Shown here piece after piece: positions 25,855-33,766 of a stretch of DNA of 64,000 nt. The position numbers and the translations under genes are program-made. Source of the DNA: an uncultured Candidatus Saccharibacteria bacterium (lineage in GTDB: Bacteria > Patescibacteriota > Saccharimonadia > Saccharimonadales > JACDBH01); contig CAZXYN010000002.1 in the NCBI GenBank assembly GCA_964644965.1, forward strand, positions 67,075 to 131,074. The letters are read 5' to 3'. Under the pieces are notes generated by a model. That model was not told where the DNA came from. It saw nothing but the letters and a program-made list of their open reading frames with translations, and did not search any database. Position 1 is the stretch's first letter. Each line of letters begins with the position of its first letter.

Positions 25855-27154
25855 CTGTTGCTAGGCCTAGGAAAACTAGGAAACCAAGTACGTCGGTAGC
25901 GGTTGTTATAAATATCGTTGCCGAGGCTGCTGGATCTTTGCCGAGCTTCGACATAATTAGCGGCACAAGTGTACCAAAGAATCCAGCTACAATCATGTTG
26001 ATAACCATGGCAGTACCTAATATGAACGCAATCTTAGCATCCTTGTTAACGATCAATACAACACTCGCCACTAATACACCATTGATAAGTCCATTGACCA
26101 TACCAGCAAAGACTTCATTTCGTAGGGCTCGCCAAGCTGTTTTGAGTTCTATTTGTTTGAGAGATATACCCCTTACCAGCACAGCCAGTGTTTGGGTAGC
26201 TGCGTTACCACCCATGCCAGCAACAATTGGCATATATACAGCTAGCAGGACATAAGCAGACAGAGTGTCTTCGAACTGGCTGACCACAAATGACGCTAGG
26301 AACGCTGTACCGAGGTTTATAATCAGCCAGCGGTAGCGGTTTTTTACTTTGGCTCTTGCCGGATCGGTGACAGTTTCTTCTTCTCGGATACCGGCGAAGT
26401 CGTAGAGCGATGATGCTTCGGTTTCTTGCATTAGACGAAGAATATCATCTGAATAAATAATACCCATGACTGTGCCGCTATCATTTAACACTGCAACCTT
26501 TGCATGCGGGTGAGTCATGAACATGTCGGTCACCTCGTCGTGGCTGGCAGCATAGGAAATCGATGGGATTCGCTTGATGTACTTATTGATTACATCTGTC
26601 TTTCGGGCAAAGCCAAGTTCATGTCCGGGCAGAAAACCAGCAAGCTTGCCTTGGTCATTCATAGCCAGTACTACTGGCGGTCTACCAGTACGCTTCTCGT
26701 GTTGTTTGAACTTCTTTGCGACCGTCATGATGTTGTCGTGTGTAGTGACCTGAATATAGTCTAGGGTCATAAGTCCAGCGGCTGTTTCGGCATCAAATTC
26801 TAGAAGGGTAGAGATAGATTCTTTTAGTTCTGCGCTAACTAGTAACAAGACTTTCTCACGCTTTTTGCGGGTTAGAATCTGCAGAATGTCGGTTGATTCA
26901 TCGGGATCAACAGTCTCAATAATGCCAGCCAAATCCTCTTCAGGTACATGCATCAATATATCCCGACGTACAGTTTTGGTTAGCGAACGCAGTAGCTCAA
27001 TGCGCTTATCAATGGGTAATTCCAAAAATGTCTGTATGCGGGTATCTTTGTGAAACAGAATATCGCTCACAAGCTTTGGGCTGATAGAAACGCTCAGCCG
27101 CTTGGGAAGTTTTATGTCTGTAATTTTTATATCTTTGATTTCGCGTATGTTCAT
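25841..27154 (-). CDS. mgtE: magnesium transporter MgtE
   Basis: ORF track, 437 aa. MgtE N-domain, CBS pair, and the TM domain with GMGGNAATQT and ATDVLGFLVFLG. Confidence 0.9.
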   Translation of the reverse strand: MNIREIKDIKITDIKLPKRLSVSISPKLVSDILFHKDTRIQTFLELPIDKRIELLRSLTKTVRRDILMHVPEEDLAGIIETVDPDESTDILQILTRKKREKVLLLVSAELKESISTLLEFDAETAAGLMTLDYIQVTTHDNIMTVAKKFKQHEKRTGRPPVVLAMNDQGKLAGFLPGHELGFARKTDVINKYIKRIPSISYAASHDEVTDMFMTHPHAKVAVLNDSGTVMGIIYSDDILRLMQETEASSLYDFAGIREEETVTDPARAKVKNRYRWLIINLGTAFLASFVVSQFEDTLSAYVLLAVYMPIVAGMGGNAATQTLAVLVRGISLKQIELKTAWRALRNEVFAGMVNGLINGVLVASVVLIVNKDAKIAFILGTAMVINMIVAGFFGTLVPLIMSKLGKDPAASATIFITTATDVLGFLVFLGLATVILE

Positions 27155-27259
27155 GACGCTCTAGCCCACTTAAGCGTTAGTTCTTTACACGAATTATAGC
27201 AGTAAAACCCCAGACTACGTAATCTAGTAGCCTGGGGTTATATCAGATGGAGCCCTTAT

Positions 27260-27739
27260 TTATTCAGACGATTCGCCGACGGCATCAGTGTTGAAGTCTA
27301 CAAACTGTACGTAGTATTCCCAGTTTGCTTCTGCTTCGTCGTCTAGAGCCTGAGCCTTCTCGACAGCAGCTTTTACAGCTTCTTCGGTGATAGATACCTC
27401 TTGACCTTCATTGATAGCAGGGAAGCCAGCATCGCTTGTCAAAAATGTTTCGGCGGCTACAATTTCCGCTAAGCTTAGATCTACCTCTTCGTAGTAGCCA
27501 TAAGTCTGGATGCTCTTTCGAGCGATTTTTGTGAATGAATCACCGCGTTGAGCCGTGTAGGTGAAGCGTGAAGTTTCCTCATCTGATTCTTCTTCTGGCT
27601 GTTCGTCTGTCTGAGCGATTTCCTCACCGTGATCTTCGCCTTCATGAGCAGTTGTAACCGATGGATTTACGGATACCAGCACAAATGCACCTGCAATGGC
27701 TAGGACTGATAGCGCGGAGATTCTTAATAGATATTTCAT
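27260..27739 (-). CDS. secreted acidic protein with a LysM-like segment
   Basis: ORF track, 159 aa. Signal peptide. YTAQRGDSFTKIARKS resembles a LysM core. Terminator hairpin at about 27215-27250. Confidence 0.5.
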   Translation of the reverse strand: MKYLLRISALSVLAIAGAFVLVSVNPSVTTAHEGEDHGEEIAQTDEQPEEESDEETSRFTYTAQRGDSFTKIARKSIQTYGYYEEVDLSLAEIVAAETFLTSDAGFPAINEGQEVSITEEAVKAAVEKAQALDDEAEANWEYYVQFVDFNTDAVGESSE

Positions 27740-27877
27740 TTATTACCCTCTTGTCCCCACCGCTTACGTTTTTAGTATGGAACAATTGTAACAATGCTTA
27801 CGCATAAAGAATAGTGTAAATTTTGCAATTATATTTTAGATAACTGTATTCCAAGAGTAGAGCCGATAGTAGCCAAA

Positions 27878-28282
27878 TTAAAACCATTCCATCTCTCGTA
27901 TATGAGTTATACCTTGAACTGCAACAACTGCTGGATGGGCATAAAATACCGATTGCCTTGCCTCATGTGGGTTTACAACGATTATTTGTTTTTCTATATT
28001 CGTTTTACGACTTGCGATAGCAGCGCCAAATTCAATAGCCGCTCCTAAGATACTGTCACCAGGAAAAAGAATCATTACGTCGCTGCCGTATGCGGCATCT
28101 ATCATGGCTTGTGCAGCTGGTGATGAGGTATCGAGGTGGCTCATGTATGGTATGGGCAATTTGTCCGACTGCCACCACTTTTCTATTACTGCATGCCCGC
28201 GTTGCTCTAGCTCGCTGGCAAACTCTCCAATTGATAATTCGTCCGCATTTAACTTTCCTGCCAAATATATATCTTTTGCCAT
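27878..28282 (-). CDS. nucleoside 2-deoxyribosyltransferase-like protein
   Basis: ORF track, 134 aa. KDIYLAGK...SDVMILFPGDSILGAAIEFGAAIA follows the NDT-like pattern. Confidence 0.5.
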   Translation of the reverse strand: MAKDIYLAGKLNADELSIGEFASELEQRGHAVIEKWWQSDKLPIPYMSHLDTSSPAAQAMIDAAYGSDVMILFPGDSILGAAIEFGAAIASRKTNIEKQIIVVNPHEARQSVFYAHPAVVAVQGITHIREMEWF

Positions 28283-28345
28283 ACCTTAATTTAACCATGA
28301 ATGAAAAAAGACCATAAAATGGTCTTTTTAAGCATAACTAGTATG

Positions 28346-28525
28346 GGAGGGCCAGGAGGGACTCGCCTTGCGACAATTCAAAAATATAATTGTTAACGCA
28401 ACCCTTTGATATGCCATTGGCATATCACGGGCAGGGTGCGGGGAATGCTCCAAGCATTCCCGTTCAAGTCCCTTCCTATCCACGTACCATATAAAAAATG
28501 CCACCACTTGGTGACATTCTTTATA
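28346..28525 (-). repeat. tRNA-flanking element K (includes the proximal terminator), ending in a 20-nt copy of the tRNA-Lys 3' end
   Basis: 28346-28365 is identical to 28527-28546 (CGAGTCCCTCCTGGCCCTCC on the minus strand); one extra C then precedes the final CA. The body has hairpins GATATGCCA/TGGCATATC and GGGAATGCT-CCA-AGCATTCCC, an inverted T-loop box CGTTCAAGTCC, and a plus-strand ...CACGTACCA end. The proximal terminator (28493-28516) pairs with a G-U only when read in tRNA sense. A second terminator lies at about 28300-28330. Confidence 0.7.
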
Positions 28526-28602
28526 TGGAGGGCCAGGAGGGACTCGAACCCTCGACATTCTGCTTAAGAGGCAGACGCTCTAACCAGCTGAGCTACTGGC
28601 CC
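28526..28602 (-). tRNA. tRNA-Lys (anticodon CTT)
   Basis: Reverse complement is GGGCCAG TA GCTC AGCTGGTTA GAGC G TCTGC CTCTTAA GCAGA ATGTC GAGGG TTCGAGT CCCTC CTGGCCC T CCA. Coordinates cross-checked against ORF 28328..28558. Confidence 0.9.
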
Positions 28603-28687
28603 GTGCTGCATTTTATGCTACAGGACAAAGAAGATTTTATCACTTTACCTCTGTTTTTTCAAGCCATAAACAGGTAAAATAGTACCA

Positions 28688-29497
28688 ATGAAGTTACTGA
28701 ACGGCCGTGAACTTGCCGAATTTATCAAAGAGCGTCAGGCAAAATCTGTACGAGCACTACGTCAGGCACATGGGGTCGCCCCTAGGTTGGCTATTGTAGT
28801 TACTATTGATCACCCTGTGATTGATGTTTATATGCGTCTCAAGAAAAGTTACGGCACCGATATATTGGTTGATGTAGATATTCACCGTGTTGAGCAACCA
28901 GAAGTACCGGAACTCATCAAGCAACTTAATGCCGACCCGGGTATTCATGGGATTATTACGCAGCTACCACTGGCAGATACATCCAAAACAGACGAAATTG
29001 TAAATCTTGTCGCCCCAGAAAAAGATGTCGATGCACTAGGTGCAGAGCCAAAATATGACCCAGCAACACCTATGGCAATCTTGTGGCTACTAGCTGGCTA
29101 CAATGTTGATTTGGCTAACAAGCAGATTCTTCTGATTGGCAGAGGTAAGTTAGTCGGTGCACCACTAGAGAAAATGCTAAAAAGCTCTGGTCATGACGTG
29201 ATTGTCGCAGATAGAAGCACCCCAGACCTTAAGGCAGAGACACTCAAGGCCGATATTATAATCACAGCAGCCGGAAGTCCGGCAATAATCTTCCCCGATA
29301 TGGTGAAAGACGGTGCTGTGGTGGTTGACGCTGGTGTTGCTTCTGAGGATGGCAAGACCGTTGGTGATGTGGCCCCAGAGTTATACGAGCGTGATGATTT
29401 GACGATTACACCAGCAAAGGGTGGCGTCGGACCATTAACCGTATGCGCACTGTTCGAGAACGTCATCCGAGCCGCAAGAGGAGGGCTAAGTGAGTAG
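28688..29497 (+). CDS. folD: bifunctional methylenetetrahydrofolate dehydrogenase/methenyl-THF cyclohydrolase
   Basis: ORF track, 269 aa. GIITQLPL, DVDALG, GRGKLVGAPL, GGVGPLTVCAL motifs. Confidence 0.9.
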   Translation: MKLLNGRELAEFIKERQAKSVRALRQAHGVAPRLAIVVTIDHPVIDVYMRLKKSYGTDILVDVDIHRVEQPEVPELIKQLNADPGIHGIITQLPLADTSKTDEIVNLVAPEKDVDALGAEPKYDPATPMAILWLLAGYNVDLANKQILLIGRGKLVGAPLEKMLKSSGHDVIVADRSTPDLKAETLKADIIITAAGSPAIIFPDMVKDGAVVVDAGVASEDGKTVGDVAPELYERDDLTITPAKGGVGPLTVCALFENVIRAARGGLSE

Positions 29498-30083
29498 AAA
29501 TCACAGTAGAAACTGGACACAAAAACAAAGAGAGACTTGGATAAGAGGCGAGCTCATCAGAGAAGGCGCTATTGAATCAATTGATTTTACTAGTGCAGCT
29601 GGTCGTCCAGCCAACAGAAAGATAAACATGGATGTCATGCATAACAGTAAGCCGCTCGAAAGATTTATTGCTGCAGAGCTTGCTCGACGAGCAGATAGAT
29701 ATAATCCTGAGCTCATTATTCCCGTACCAACTGGCTCGAATAAAATTGGCGAACTGGTTGCTAGGAAACTTGGAATAGAAGTAGCCTTCATGAGGTGGCT
29801 TGATAAAACTCCGGGGCAAAAGTCAGTAGACTTTAGACATACTGAAGACGAGAAAGCAGTTCAAGATGTCAGTAGTGTTCTTGTTCTGGAAGATGTATAT
29901 ACCACTGGTGAATCGAGCCATGCCGTTGCTAGTCATCCGTTAATCGCAGAAAAATTACTTGGTGTATTAAGTATCTGGTCTAGATTGGATCCTAATAATC
30001 GTCTCGAAGTCGACTACCCAACACCTACGATAATCGACTATCCTGTTCCTCTTCTAGTTCGGGAGCCAACTTCAAATGGTTAA
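29490..30083 (+). CDS. phosphoribosyltransferase-family protein
   Basis: ORF track, 197 aa. PRPP-binding motif VLVLEDVYTTGES. Overlaps folD by 8 nt. Confidence 0.6.
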   Translation: MSRNHSRNWTQKQRETWIRGELIREGAIESIDFTSAAGRPANRKINMDVMHNSKPLERFIAAELARRADRYNPELIIPVPTGSNKIGELVARKLGIEVAFMRWLDKTPGQKSVDFRHTEDEKAVQDVSSVLVLEDVYTTGESSHAVASHPLIAEKLLGVLSIWSRLDPNNRLEVDYPTPTIIDYPVPLLVREPTSNG

Positions 30084-30735
30084 GATAGGGGTTTTTGATT
30101 CCGGGGTAGGTGGTCTGTCGGTTGCTAATGCAATTCGCGCAGCGATTCCGGATGCCGAAGTACTATTAAGAGAGGACAAACAGCACCTGCCTTATGGTAC
30201 AAAGACACCAGAGCAACTCGTAACATTTGTACTACCAATACTAGAGAGACTAGTTCAGGAAGGCTGTGATGCGATTGTCATCGCCTGTAACAGCGTAACA
30301 ACAACAGTTATCAGTGATTTGCGGGCTCAGATTGCAATACCACTGGTTGGCATGGAGCCAATGGTAAAGCCAGCAGCAGAAATCACTAAAACTAACTGCA
30401 TAGCAGTGTTGGCCACACCTACAACACTGGGCAGTAACAGATACCAGTGGTTAAAATCAGAATATTGCAAAAATGTCGCAATTTTAGAGCCTGACTGCTC
30501 TGACTGGGCTCGCATGATAGAAGAAAACGATATAAATCACGAGACCATTGAGCAGACTATTAGCGAAGTGATCAATTCTGGCGCTGATGTAATCGTGCTT
30601 GGTTGTACCCACTACCACTGGATTAGACAGCTAATCATAAATATTGCTCGGGAAAGGGCGGTTGTAATTCAGCCTGAGCAGCCAGTAATCCAGCAGCTCA
30701 AACGGGTAATTGGGATTGATTCAGGCCTAAGCTAG
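30076..30735 (+). CDS. murI: glutamate racemase
   Basis: ORF track, 219 aa. IGVFDSGVGGLSV, catalytic IACNS and LGCTHY motifs. Confidence 0.85.
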   Translation: MVKIGVFDSGVGGLSVANAIRAAIPDAEVLLREDKQHLPYGTKTPEQLVTFVLPILERLVQEGCDAIVIACNSVTTTVISDLRAQIAIPLVGMEPMVKPAAEITKTNCIAVLATPTTLGSNRYQWLKSEYCKNVAILEPDCSDWARMIEENDINHETIEQTISEVINSGADVIVLGCTHYHWIRQLIINIARERAVVIQPEQPVIQQLKRVIGIDSGLS

Positions 30736-32052
30736 TTTGTTTACCGAATCGTTGTACTGGTCGCCTCTGTCTTTGTAGTCCCTAAACATACCAAAACTAG
30801 CTGCTCCTGTTGATAGTAGCACTATATCACCGGGTTCTGCGCGCCGCTCGGCAGTAGTGACAATATCATCCATTGTCTCTAGTCCCTCGGTAGTAATATT
30901 ACTAAAACCTTCATTTTGCAACAAAGTCGCAATAACTCTTCCAGTTTCACCTATAGCAAGCACTTGCTTGACGTTGTTTTTCACTATTTCCTTTGCGAGT
31001 TCATTAAACACAACGCCTTTATCTGACCCACCGAGTATGGCAACGATAGGTTGTTCAAAAGACTGTAGGGCTGCAATAGCAGTCTCAGGAGTAGTAGAGA
31101 ACGAATCATTGTAGTATTTGACACCATTTAATTCACGAACGAGCTCGAGTCTGTACGGAAGTCCCGAAAAAGAGCTTACGGCCTGCTGAATCGCCTCGAT
31201 GTTGCCGTCTATCAGATTCCAAGTCGCAGTGATTGCGGCGCAGACATTTTCTAAATTGTGCTTACCTAGTAGTTTTACATCTGATACACTCATGATCTCT
31301 TGTCCGTTGTAGTAAACACGATCGTTTTTTACATAGGTTGTGCAACCGTAAGTGTCTTCGTTGTTACTCGGTACTGCATACTTGAGCTTTGTTTCTGCCG
31401 GTGAAGTATTGGCTACTCCTGCACTTGATTTGTTCAGTGCATTAAAAATTGCGACATCGTCGCCTTTTTGGAATCTAAACATATTTGATTTGGATCTAAT
31501 ATAGTCATCAAAATCTCTGTGCCAGTTTAGATGCTCTGGCACGACCATCAGGCAAACGGCATATTTAGGGCTATGTTTTAGGTCATAAAGTTGGAAGCTA
31601 GATAGCTCCAAAACGACGTATTCTGATTGATTTGCCTCTGTTAACACATCTAGTGCAGGTATACCAATATTACCGGCTAGCACTGACTTTCTGCTAGCAC
31701 TTACTAGAATTTCCTGAATCAAACTACTGGTAGTACCTTTGCCCTTGGTGCCCGTCACCCCAATTATCGGAGTGTTGCACTCCTCAAAAAATATATTGAT
31801 AGCAGTCGTTATCTTGCTGGCTACAGAAGGATTCCTATCTAGAATAACAGAGGGGTGCATACCACTGGTACGGACAATCACATCAAATTTATCGAGGTTT
31901 TCTAGGTAGTTATCACCCAAATTGCTTGCTACGCCCTCAGGGAGCTCTAGAGAGGGGTTTTGGTCACATACAGTCAGTGATACGCCTCTTTTTGCAAAAT
32001 AGCGCTGTGCTGCCTGGTTTTCGACCCCAAATCCGATAAGTGCAACATTCAT
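30727..32052 (-). CDS. murD: UDP-N-acetylmuramoylalanine--D-glutamate ligase
   Basis: ORF track, 441 aa. GVTGTKGKGTT P-loop, HLNWH, Mur-ligase C-domain. Confidence 0.9.
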   Translation of the reverse strand: MNVALIGFGVENQAAQRYFAKRGVSLTVCDQNPSLELPEGVASNLGDNYLENLDKFDVIVRTSGMHPSVILDRNPSVASKITTAINIFFEECNTPIIGVTGTKGKGTTSSLIQEILVSASRKSVLAGNIGIPALDVLTEANQSEYVVLELSSFQLYDLKHSPKYAVCLMVVPEHLNWHRDFDDYIRSKSNMFRFQKGDDVAIFNALNKSSAGVANTSPAETKLKYAVPSNNEDTYGCTTYVKNDRVYYNGQEIMSVSDVKLLGKHNLENVCAAITATWNLIDGNIEAIQQAVSSFSGLPYRLELVRELNGVKYYNDSFSTTPETAIAALQSFEQPIVAILGGSDKGVVFNELAKEIVKNNVKQVLAIGETGRVIATLLQNEGFSNITTEGLETMDDIVTTAERRAEPGDIVLLSTGAASFGMFRDYKDRGDQYNDSVNKLA

Positions 32053-32060
32053 CGGCTTAT

Positions 32061-32426
32061 TTATGAGAGCTGTTTCTTTACGAGTTCGGCAACTTGGCGA
32101 GGTGTCATGTCGGCTTTTAGGATTACGTCACTGACACCGAGCTTCTCGATTGCTTCTGGTAGCTCTTGCTCACCCATGTTGGTCAGGACTATGACTTTCA
32201 CAGTTTTGCCCCACTCTGTATCTCGCAGTGCGGTTAGCATTTCTTCGCCGGTCATCTCTGGCATCATCAAGTCGAGTAGGATTATGTCAGGTTGAAATGC
32301 CAAGCACAGATCTAGGCCCAACTTGCCGTTCTCAGCTGTTTCTACCTTATAACCTTCAGACTCGAACTTGATTCGATACATTTGTGAAATAGCTTGGTCA
32401 TCTTCGATAATTGCAATTTTTGGCAT
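32061..32426 (-). CDS. stand-alone response-regulator receiver domain (CheY-like)
   Basis: ORF track, 121 aa. IAIIEDD, phospho-acceptor context IILLDLMMPEMTG, VIVLTN...K. No output domain. Confidence 0.85.
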   Translation of the reverse strand: MPKIAIIEDDQAISQMYRIKFESEGYKVETAENGKLGLDLCLAFQPDIILLDLMMPEMTGEEMLTALRDTEWGKTVKVIVLTNMGEQELPEAIEKLGVSDVILKADMTPRQVAELVKKQLS

Positions 32427-32569
32427 ATAAGCAGTTTACGAAAATTTCAAGTAGGTTACAATTGGTATTAAGAGTTTACAGTAGTCAAGCGAAATGTATT
32501 GACAAAAACATGAAAAGCACATATAATATACAAATAATTAACCTATCATAACCTAAACAAGAACCAAAT

Positions 32570-33700
32570 ATGTCAATTGAAGCATTATCTCAGCACGCAG
32601 ACGAACAACAACTAGTCGTACTAAACGAAGTCCGACACGATAGTGGCGCCACTATTCGTGAAGTAGAAGTCCTCGATAAATATCTGAAAAGCCCAGAGGA
32701 CTTTGCAGCAACTACAGAATATATCGCTATGCTTGAAAAGCACGCTGCCACACAGGATGAAAAAGAAGACCTGAAACCGTTGTTTTATAACCAAGAACGT
32801 CCAGCAATGTGCGAATGGTATAACTTTATGGGCAAGGCCATTGCACTTTATAATCTTCAGCGACCAGATACGACTACTCTTGGTGATGGGCTGGTTAACC
32901 CCTATCATACAATGGCGCAAAGAGGCTCCAGCAGTGAACAAAGACGTGCCGAACGTTATATCCCAAAGTTTGACGAATATGCAGCAACACCAGTAGATAG
33001 GGAATCAGAAAACTTATTCCGATACAGCGCAGACGGCCGTGGTATTCGTAGCCGAGCATTGGTATTCAAGGACGCAGTGGTTAAGAAGGCCGAACGTAAT
33101 GGCATGAATCTCGATATGCTCAGTGTTGCCTGTGGAGCTGCACTGCCTATTTATGATGCGGCAAACGGAGTAAGAGAGTATGGCGGTGATCCTAGCCTAG
33201 CACTTATTGATATTGATCTGTCCGCCCTAGACTATGCAAGCCAGCTTGCCGAGCGTGAAGGCCTATCTGATAGCGTAGATATTAAACAAGTTGACTTAAA
33301 AAAGGTGTTACTAAACGAGATTGATCTTACCAAGCAATTAGGTCATGACGGTGAGACTCGTACGTTTGATACGGTTGATCTACTTGGTATTTTCGAATAT
33401 TTCCCAGGCGAATATGCAGCAGAACTTCTCAAGAAGGTAAAAGAGCTTACTAGTGAAAACGGCTCAATTATATTCGGTAACATGCTTAACAATAGGCAAC
33501 AAATGACTTTTTTTGATCGTTATGTTGGCTGGCGACCTCAAGTTAAGCCACGAAGTGTGGATGAACTGCTTGGAATTGTCAGTGAAGCTGGTTTCGAATT
33601 AGAAGATGTAACTGTTTCTATTCCAGAAGACGGTGTCTATGCGGTTATAGAGATAGCCAATGTTAATTCCACGAACATGAATACAAACGCTGCATCCTAG
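32570..33700 (+). CDS. putative class I SAM-dependent methyltransferase-like protein
   Basis: ORF track, 376 aa. LDMLSVACGAALPIYD resembles motif I, and DTVDLLGIFEYF and GSIIFGNM resemble later motifs. The assignment is weak. Confidence 0.4.
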   Translation: MSIEALSQHADEQQLVVLNEVRHDSGATIREVEVLDKYLKSPEDFAATTEYIAMLEKHAATQDEKEDLKPLFYNQERPAMCEWYNFMGKAIALYNLQRPDTTTLGDGLVNPYHTMAQRGSSSEQRRAERYIPKFDEYAATPVDRESENLFRYSADGRGIRSRALVFKDAVVKKAERNGMNLDMLSVACGAALPIYDAANGVREYGGDPSLALIDIDLSALDYASQLAEREGLSDSVDIKQVDLKKVLLNEIDLTKQLGHDGETRTFDTVDLLGIFEYFPGEYAAELLKKVKELTSENGSIIFGNMLNNRQQMTFFDRYVGWRPQVKPRSVDELLGIVSEAGFELEDVTVSIPEDGVYAVIEIANVNSTNMNTNAAS

Positions 33701-33766
33701 AACCTCTGTAAATCCTCTTAAACATTAGCATAATAGTGTGTACAATAGCCCGTAAGGGAACTGTAC

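Noticed and set aside
25821-26255. 144-aa plus-strand ORF overlapping the mgtE 3' half.
   Set aside because: It is antisense to the highly conserved MgtE membrane domain, which has clear GGNAATQT and ATDVLGF motifs.
1168-28602. Whether the repeated tRNA-end segments could be a CRISPR-like or other tandem array.
   Set aside because: Each repeat occurs only twice. The pairs differ from locus to locus and are separated by unequal structured bodies. I saw no array of regularly spaced identical repeats anywhere in the window.
17581-28687. I looked for known riboswitches upstream of the folate/C1 and Mg genes: ZTP or THF near glyA, folC and folD, and an M-box upstream of mgtE.
   Set aside because: The spacers are short (about 70-110 nt) and show only promoter or terminator features. 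I could recognise no conserved riboswitch core by eye.
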